Assembly: GCA_040219255.1 (NCBI GenBank)
Contig: JAVJSW010000011.1
Location: forward strand, 28,414 to 92,413
DNA: 64,000 bases
Reading direction: 5' to 3'
Source of the DNA: Sumerlaeia bacterium
GTDB lineage: Bacteria > Sumerlaeota > Sumerlaeia > SLMS01 > JAHLLQ01
Shown here: positions 57,899-64,000 of the stretch, in pieces
How positions within the stretch are numbered: the first letter of the stretch is position 1
How the letters are laid out: the number at the start of each line of letters is the position of its first letter
The notes under the pieces: generated by a model
Told to the model about the DNA's origin: nothing
The model's input: only the letters and a program-made list of their open reading frames with translations
Database searches by the model: none
Program-made: the position numbers and the translations under genes

Positions 57899-59404
57899 TC
57901 AGCTATTGCTCCAATGCTTCGCCAGGAATGGATGCTCGACGACGCGTTCGTGCTCGTAGTCCGTGGCGGCTTCCAGAATCGTTTCCGCGAAATCCATGGC
58001 GCCGCCGAGAACCGGGTCGATGCGGACGCCGGTGCGGGCGCGCAGTTGATCGAGGGTGGTTTCGTCGAGAAACTTCTGGTCGTATTTGCGCAGGCAGTTG
58101 CCGGGGAGCAAGTACTGGTCGTAACCGGGGTTGGCGCGCAGGGTCTTCTCGATGTCCTGGGCCGTCAGGAGGCCGGTGACGTGGATCGTCTCGCCGAAGA
58201 CGGTGTTGATTGTCGGCAGAGGCACGACTTCGATTTCGCCATGGGCGTCGGCGCAGGCCTTGGCGATTTTCTCCAGAACCGGCCCGGACAGGGTGCTGGT
58301 CACGGCGCCCACGCGCCAGGGCCGGCCGATGGGATTGGCGGCCAGAACCCGGCGGGCGTCGGCCAGGTCTTTATAAAAGTGGTAAACCATCCCGACGCCG
58401 TTTTCGAGCTGGGGGACTTCCGGGTATTTGGCGTAGGAGGGCGCGGCGCGGCCAGCGATCAGGTACCATTCATCGGCCAGCATGACGATCGGTTCGCCGA
58501 ATCGTTCCTCCGCCGCCTTGACGATCGGCTTCACATCGCGCAGGAAGCGCTGGGCGTAGGCCGGCGTCACCGGCGGCAGGTCGGGGAGGCCGTCGCGCCA
58601 CTTCGTCATGCCCAAGGGCACGATGGCGACGCTCTGCACGGTGGGGTGGAAGCCGAGGAGCGTCTTGAGGGTTCTTTCGAGCTGGGCGCCATCATTGTGC
58701 GTGGGGCAGAGCACGATCTGGGTGTGGACCTGGATGCGGTGCCTCTTGAAGAAACCGAGCAGTTCCTCGACGGGGCGGGCTTTGCGGATGCCGAGGAGCC
58801 ACTTGCGCAGTTCCTCGTCGACGGCGTGGACGCTGATGTAGAGGGGCGAGAGGCGCTGGCGTGCGATGCGCTCGAGGTCCGCGTCCTTCAGCGTGATGCC
58901 GGTGATGTAGGAGCCGTGAAGGAACGACAGGCGATAGTCTTCGTCCTTGATGTACAGAGACTTACGCATCGCGTCCGGGAGCTGATGAACGAAGCAGAAG
59001 ACGCAGTTGCAGCCGCAGTTCTGGGTGGTGAACTGCTCCAGCTCCAGGCCCAGATCCTGCTCCGGGTAGTCCTTGGGAATGGTTATGGTGCGGCGCTCGC
59101 CACCGGGCGTTTCCACTTCCATCTTCACGCGCTCGGCGGCGCCGTGGAAAAAATAATCGAGCGTATCGCGAACCGCTTCGCCGTTCAGACTGCGCAGGAT
59201 CATGCCGGGCTCCAGACCGGCTTCGTGTCCCAGCCCCCCTTCGGCCACGGCGATCAGGCGCACGCCCGGTTCGGCCTCGGCGACGCTGATGGCGGGCGAG
59301 ACGGTATCATTGGGATCGGCGCGGCGCACCCGGCGGCGGATTTCCGGCGTGATGGGGGCGAGTTGGCTGTAGTCGGTGGGGTGGGGCGTGCTCTTGACGG
59401 CCAT
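57899..59404 (-). CDS. PDZ + radical SAM-like DUF512 FeS protein
   Basis: PDZ-like N-terminus, CGCNCVFCFVHQLP..R.SLY.KDEDYRLSF, SPLYISVHA, PQLENGVG, VTGLLT..D. Confidence 0.92.
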   Translation of the reverse strand: MAVKSTPHPTDYSQLAPITPEIRRRVRRADPNDTVSPAISVAEAEPGVRLIAVAEGGLGHEAGLEPGMILRSLNGEAVRDTLDYFFHGAAERVKMEVETPGGERRTITIPKDYPEQDLGLELEQFTTQNCGCNCVFCFVHQLPDAMRKSLYIKDEDYRLSFLHGSYITGITLKDADLERIARQRLSPLYISVHAVDEELRKWLLGIRKARPVEELLGFFKRHRIQVHTQIVLCPTHNDGAQLERTLKTLLGFHPTVQSVAIVPLGMTKWRDGLPDLPPVTPAYAQRFLRDVKPIVKAAEERFGEPIVMLADEWYLIAGRAAPSYAKYPEVPQLENGVGMVYHFYKDLADARRVLAANPIGRPWRVGAVTSTLSGPVLEKIAKACADAHGEIEVVPLPTINTVFGETIHVTGLLTAQDIEKTLRANPGYDQYLLPGNCLRKYDQKFLDETTLDQLRARTGVRIDPVLGGAMDFAETILEAATDYEHERVVEHPFLAKHWSNS

Positions 59405-59496
59405 TGGGGGCGGGGGACTCCTTGGCTCCGCTTGCGCGGGGCGTCATCAAGTCGAAGCGCCGCAGGCTTGTCAAGGCATGGCGGGGTCGCGGACGC

Positions 59497-62400
59497 TCAG
59501 TTCGCCCGGGGTTTCTTCCCGTATTCGCAGAGAAGGATCACGGTGCCGTCGGCTTTGCGGTACATGCGGGCGCCTTCGGAGGGGATGACGCGGTTGTCCA
59601 TGCCCCACCACTCACCGGCGGCCCAGCCGTCGCCCTCTTCCCCGTAGAGGAGCTTGAAACGCACGGGCTTGAAGACGGTGTCGAGTTTCCAGACGTGACC
59701 GTAGGGTGTTTCTTCCAGGTGGATGAAGGCGACCTTGCAGGGGGTCCAGTCGCCGAGTTCGGGGGTGTCGCCGGCGATGAAGAGCTTCTTGTTGCCTTGC
59801 TGATAGCGGATGAAGGTGAGGATCTGCATGGGCGTGCCGATCTCGATGAGTTCCTGGGCCGAGAGCGGGAGGGGCCCCCGGGCGTCCGCCAGGTAGTCGG
59901 CGAAGGGCGAGGGCGCTTGGCGCGGCGGGCCGCCGGCCAGTGCGGCAGGGGTGAAATCGAGCGGTTCGCTCCGATAGGTGGCGGCGTAGTGTCCGTACTC
60001 GCGCTTCTGCCAATCGGCGAAGGTGTCCTTCCAAAGGGAAAGGTCGGTTCCAATGTCCCATTGCGCCGGAGGAGGGCTGAAAAAGCGCAGGCTGCCGTCT
60101 TCATCGAGGGTGAAGTAATCGTAGCGTTCGGCGGCGAAATGGAATTCGCGGGGGCGGTAGCCTACGGCGCGCTGGCGCACGAGTTGGCGTCCGGAGGCCA
60201 CGTCCCAAAGGCAGACGATGTTGTCTTCCCCGGTGCTGGCCAGGAGTTTGCCGTCGGGTGAGAAGGTGGTGTCGGTAACGGGTCCATCGTGGCCCAGGAG
60301 CCAATGGCTGCCGCGGGCTTTCTCCATGCCTTGCGAGATGTCCCAGAGGCGGACCCGCTCGTCGCGCGAGCCGCTGGCCAAGTGCTCTCCTCCGGGGGAG
60401 AAGGACAGGCAGGTGACAGCTTCGGCATGGTCCTGGATGCGGCGCGGCGTGGCGCCTGCCTGCCAATCCCACAGGTAAACGACGCCGGCCGCGTCCCCCG
60501 CGGCCAGGAATTGGCCATCTGGCGAGAACTCGACGGCCAGCACCGGATGGCTGCCGCAGGGCAGAACCTTCTGGTCTTCATCCGCCATCAGGGACGAAAC
60601 GCGCACCGAGCCATCGAAGGAGGCGGTGGCCAATGAGGCTCCGTCGGGCGAGAAGGCGGCGGCGGTCACTTCGCGGGTATGGCCGGTGATGGTTCGCAGA
60701 GCTTCCTCCTCGCGGATATCCCAGAGCTTGGCCACGCCATCGTAGCCGCCGGAAACGAGCCAGGGTTTGGTGGGATGGGGGGCCAGGGCGGAGACCTCAC
60801 GGTCGTGCTTGCCGATGATGCGGGGAGGGCCGAAGGGGGCCGCATCGTCCTTTTGGCGGCGAGAGATGGACACCGAGCCGTCGGCGGCTCCGGCGGCGAC
60901 GTACTGGCCGTTGGCGGGGGTGGCGGCGGCCATGATCCGGGCGGAGGGCAGGGCGAGTCGCCAGTCGTCGCGCCGCATCGTGCCGCGGTAGATGTGGATG
61001 CGGTTGTCTTTTTCCGCCAAGGCCAGCAGGGCGCCCTGGGGGCTGAAGACGGGGCGGCAGAGGGGCGCGGCGGAGCGCGACAAGACCGCCACGGGGCTGG
61101 CCGTGCGGGTGGACCAGGCCTCGGCCAAGCCGGCCAGTGACACCGTCAGCACCATTTCGCCGTTGGGCGAGAAAAGCACCTGGGAAATCTCTGAACCGTC
61201 AGTCTCGATTTTCGCCAATTCGACCCCCGTGGTCGAGTCCCAGAGGCGCGCCGTACCATCGTTCGAAGCGGTGGCGACGGTGCGGCTGTCGGGGCTGAAG
61301 AGGCCCTGCGTCAGGCTGCCGGTGTGCCCCTTCAGGAGAACCGGGTTCGTCCCTTCGCGCACGTTCCAGAGGCGTCCCTGGGCGTCGTGCGAGACAGTGA
61401 GGACGCGGTCGCCGATGGGGCTGAAGACGGCGTCCTCGAGACCGCCGACGTGGTAGTCGAAGATGTGGAGTGGCTCGAGGGCGCTCATGCTCCAGACGAT
61501 GGCGCGGCTGTCGTAAGACGAACTGACCATCAGTTGGCCGTCGGGCGAGAAGCGGGTGGTGCGGACTTCTCCGCCGTGCTGATCGAAGATGGCGAGGGTG
61601 CGCAGCGAGCTGAGTTCCATGACGCGCACCAGTTGATTGGTTCCGCCGGCTGCCAAGAGCGTTTCCGTCGGATCGAACTGGAGGAAGCCCGCGTCCCAGG
61701 GCCATTCGCCCAACATGGTTCCGTCTTGCGCGTTCCACAGTTTCATCGGGCCGCCGATTTCCGCGGTCGCGAGAAAACGCCCGCTAGGGCTGATGGCGGC
61801 GGTGCGGAGCCGGTCGCTGCCGCCGTCGATCTCGATCCTCAGGGAGGCGTCCTCCATGTTCCAGACGCGCAACGCATTGTCCGCCGAAGCGGTCAGCAGT
61901 TGGCGGCCGTCGGCGGTGAAATCGAGCTTCATGACGGCGCCGGTGTGAGCCGGCAGGGTGAGCAGTTCGGGGTGGATCTCGCCCAGGAGCATCTGCCAGG
62001 CGAGGTCGCGGCGGTCCTGAGGCAGGTTGATGAGGAGCTGCTCGGCTTCCGCCTTGTCGCCCCGGTCGGCGAGACCCTGGGCGTAGAGGAGGTCGGAGGC
62101 GTACTGGGCGCGCTGGGCTTCGGCGGCGCGTTGGGCGCTGACGGCGGCCAGTTCCTCGGCGCGGCGGGCGCGCGTATTGTAATACGCCACGCCGAACGCG
62201 GCCATCAGGAGGACAAGAAAAAGACTGGCGGTGAGCAGGCCGCGGCGCTGCCACTTGTCGCGGATGACTTGGCGGCGTTTGTTGCCGATGTCGCTTTCCA
62301 CGTCGCGGCGCTGGACCGTATCGGGGATCAGGGGAACGAGGGACTCGGCAAGGCCCAGGTCGCCGAGGGCCAGGGCGCGGTGTACATGCTTGAGGACGGT

Positions 62401-63705
62401 GTGGGCGTGCAGGGCGCGCGCTTTTTCATTGCCGGGCCAGAGTTGGAGGGCACGGTCGAGCTGGGCGCGGGCGTCGCCGAGTTCGCGGTAATCGGCTCGT
62501 TGGCTGGCCAGGAGTTCTTCGTCCACCTGAGTACTGATAGCGAGGCTTTCGGTGCGCCGGCCGGCGCCGGAAAGGTACTCGCGGAGGCGGGCGATGAAGG
62601 CCTCGGCGGAGGCGACGCGATGCTCCGGATCGGGATGGAGCGCGTCCATCGTGAGTCGGATGAGTTCGGCGGGGACTTTCTGCGCGTCGAGAGGCCGGAT
62701 CTGCGCCTTGCCTTTGCCATAGGACACAGCGGCGGTGAACGCTTCGTCGGCTTTGCGTCCGGGATGGGGAGTCCGTCCAGATAAAATGTAGTATAAAATT
62801 CCCCCGAGGAGATAGACATCGGTCCAGGGGCCGATTTTCTGGGCGGTCGCTTCGGTCTGCTCGGGAGCCATGAAGGCCGGCGTGCCGGCGGGATTGGGAG
62901 CGTCTTCCAAGCCCATGACGGCGCCCGCTCCGAGAAGGCGGGGGGCCATTTCCCGAACCTTTTCCAAATCGTAGACGACGGCCAGACCCCAATCCATCAG
63001 GAGCACTTCGCCGTATTCGCCGACCATGACCTGCTGGGGTTTGAGGTCGCGGTGGACGATGCCCCGCGAGTGGGCGAAAGCCACCGCCTGGGCCACGCTG
63101 ATGAGAATGGAGAGGTGGCGGGTGAGCATTTCCTCCTGCGTCTTGCTTTCGTCTTCCCAGATCAGCTCGGGCCAGGGTGTCCCCCGCACCAACTTCATCG
63201 CCAGCAGGGGGCGCCCTTGATCGTCGTGGCCCCAATCGTGGACGGGCACGATGTTGGGATGCTCGAGGTTGGCGGTGACGAGCGCCTCATGGCGGAAGGC
63301 CCACTCGGTGGAGACGGAAATGGCTTTGTCGGTACTCGACCCCTTGCGGTCTTCGCGGACCTGGGGGATTTTGACGGCGATCGAGCGTTCCAGAGGCTGC
63401 TGGATCGCCTCCCAGACTTCGCCGTATCCGCCCTGGCCGATGCGGCGCAGGAGGCGATAGGGCGAGGCCCCCGCAGGGGTCGTGGGAATGACCTGCTTGC
63501 CACCGTTGGCGTGGGGAACGGTCGAGTCGATCTGGCGCTGCGGGGGCGCGGTGGAGGAGCCCAGGTCCTCGGCGTCGCTGGGCAGGCAGAACTCGGAGCG
63601 GGGGAGGAGGGCGCCGGAGTTGGACTCGAAGACAAAGGACTCTTGGGGGTCGGCGGAGTCCTCCGGCCCAAACGTCCAACCCTGGCTCTCCTGGGATTCG
63701 TCCAT
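59497..63705 (-). CDS. Ser/Thr protein kinase - TM - WD40 repeats - CBM20-like domain
   Basis: GQGGYGEV, AVK, HPNIVPV, HRDLKP, DWGLA, GTPAFMAPEQ, DVY.LG; TM; about 14 WD40 repeats; LFIAGD.PELG.W.P tail. Confidence 0.92.
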   Translation of the reverse strand: MDESQESQGWTFGPEDSADPQESFVFESNSGALLPRSEFCLPSDAEDLGSSTAPPQRQIDSTVPHANGGKQVIPTTPAGASPYRLLRRIGQGGYGEVWEAIQQPLERSIAVKIPQVREDRKGSSTDKAISVSTEWAFRHEALVTANLEHPNIVPVHDWGHDDQGRPLLAMKLVRGTPWPELIWEDESKTQEEMLTRHLSILISVAQAVAFAHSRGIVHRDLKPQQVMVGEYGEVLLMDWGLAVVYDLEKVREMAPRLLGAGAVMGLEDAPNPAGTPAFMAPEQTEATAQKIGPWTDVYLLGGILYYILSGRTPHPGRKADEAFTAAVSYGKGKAQIRPLDAQKVPAELIRLTMDALHPDPEHRVASAEAFIARLREYLSGAGRRTESLAISTQVDEELLASQRADYRELGDARAQLDRALQLWPGNEKARALHAHTVLKHVHRALALGDLGLAESLVPLIPDTVQRRDVESDIGNKRRQVIRDKWQRRGLLTASLFLVLLMAAFGVAYYNTRARRAEELAAVSAQRAAEAQRAQYASDLLYAQGLADRGDKAEAEQLLINLPQDRRDLAWQMLLGEIHPELLTLPAHTGAVMKLDFTADGRQLLTASADNALRVWNMEDASLRIEIDGGSDRLRTAAISPSGRFLATAEIGGPMKLWNAQDGTMLGEWPWDAGFLQFDPTETLLAAGGTNQLVRVMELSSLRTLAIFDQHGGEVRTTRFSPDGQLMVSSSYDSRAIVWSMSALEPLHIFDYHVGGLEDAVFSPIGDRVLTVSHDAQGRLWNVREGTNPVLLKGHTGSLTQGLFSPDSRTVATASNDGTARLWDSTTGVELAKIETDGSEISQVLFSPNGEMVLTVSLAGLAEAWSTRTASPVAVLSRSAAPLCRPVFSPQGALLALAEKDNRIHIYRGTMRRDDWRLALPSARIMAAATPANGQYVAAGAADGSVSISRRQKDDAAPFGPPRIIGKHDREVSALAPHPTKPWLVSGGYDGVAKLWDIREEEALRTITGHTREVTAAAFSPDGASLATASFDGSVRVSSLMADEDQKVLPCGSHPVLAVEFSPDGQFLAAGDAAGVVYLWDWQAGATPRRIQDHAEAVTCLSFSPGGEHLASGSRDERVRLWDISQGMEKARGSHWLLGHDGPVTDTTFSPDGKLLASTGEDNIVCLWDVASGRQLVRQRAVGYRPREFHFAAERYDYFTLDEDGSLRFFSPPPAQWDIGTDLSLWKDTFADWQKREYGHYAATYRSEPLDFTPAALAGGPPRQAPSPFADYLADARGPLPLSAQELIEIGTPMQILTFIRYQQGNKKLFIAGDTPELGDWTPCKVAFIHLEETPYGHVWKLDTVFKPVRFKLLYGEEGDGWAAGEWWGMDNRVIPSEGARMYRKADGTVILLCEYGKKPRAN

Positions 63706-63748
63706 GGCGTTCTCGATCGTCGACCTCGCGGCGTGGCGGCGGCAGGGC

Positions 63749-64000
63749 CTATAAAGCGATCGCCACTTCGTTGCTGGGGCGCGAAGCGCCCGCTTTGTTC
63801 TTGGCGATCACACGGTACTTTAGCATTTGACCCCGCGGCTGTTCCAGCAATTCCGTCTCGGTTTCGAAAGCGGTGGCCACGATCAGCCATTCGCCGTCTT
63901 CGTCGCGCCGTTCCACCTCGTAGAAGGCGACCCGCCCGCCGGTGCCGCGCTGGGGGGGGCGCCAGGCGAGGTTGACCACGTCGAGGCGATGGACGTCGCG
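63749..64000 (-). CDS. Fibronectin type III domain protein, 5' end beyond window edge
   Basis: V.L.W.PP..GG..Y.VERR..W..YRVIAKNKAG.S.PSN; frame open to position 64000. Confidence 0.8.
   Translation of the reverse strand, partial: RDVHRLDVVNLAWRPPQRGTGGRVAFYEVERRDEDGEWLIVATAFETETELLEQPRGQMLKYRVIAKNKAGASRPSNEVAIAL

Overview
GC-rich bacterial chromosomal window with no CRISPR array, integrase, transposase or rRNA. The pilin-like protein type at 25.8 kb and the C-terminal tail at 44 kb suggest Candidatus Sumerlaeota (BRC1); this is inference from recalled family features. 1-12.4 kb holds a type II secretion/pseudopilus cluster (partial gspH-like gene, DUF1573 protein, gspG-K-L-M-C-D-E, a TPR membrane protein and a convergent gspF), followed by a divergent MurJ-family flippase and tRNA-Ala(CGC). 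The rest is mixed housekeeping and accessory genes: radical SAM/SPASM, Uma2, methyltransferase, OppA, moaA, ECF sigma/FecR, Fur with a Fur box, FNR, fabD-fabG, DUF429, M23 peptidase, a tandem cohesin-like protein, an Fe(III) binding protein, bshA, thrC, J-domain/TPR plus a DnaK paralog, glycerate kinase, ptsH-ptsI, thpR, GT2, a multi-Ig protein with a dockerin-like tail, speE, an rluD-like gene, a Phd antitoxin coupled to a TM-CBS protein, DUF512 radical SAM and a kinase-TM-WD40-CBM20-like receptor. Best leads: a possible cohesin/dockerin surface-assembly system with a short C-terminal sorting motif and T2SS, the Phd/TM-CBS pair, the receptor kinase with an HRDLKPQQ loop, a MurJ paralog lacking lipid II-binding arginines, and dispersed palindromic repeats. 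All family calls come from visual motif recognition; no searches were run.
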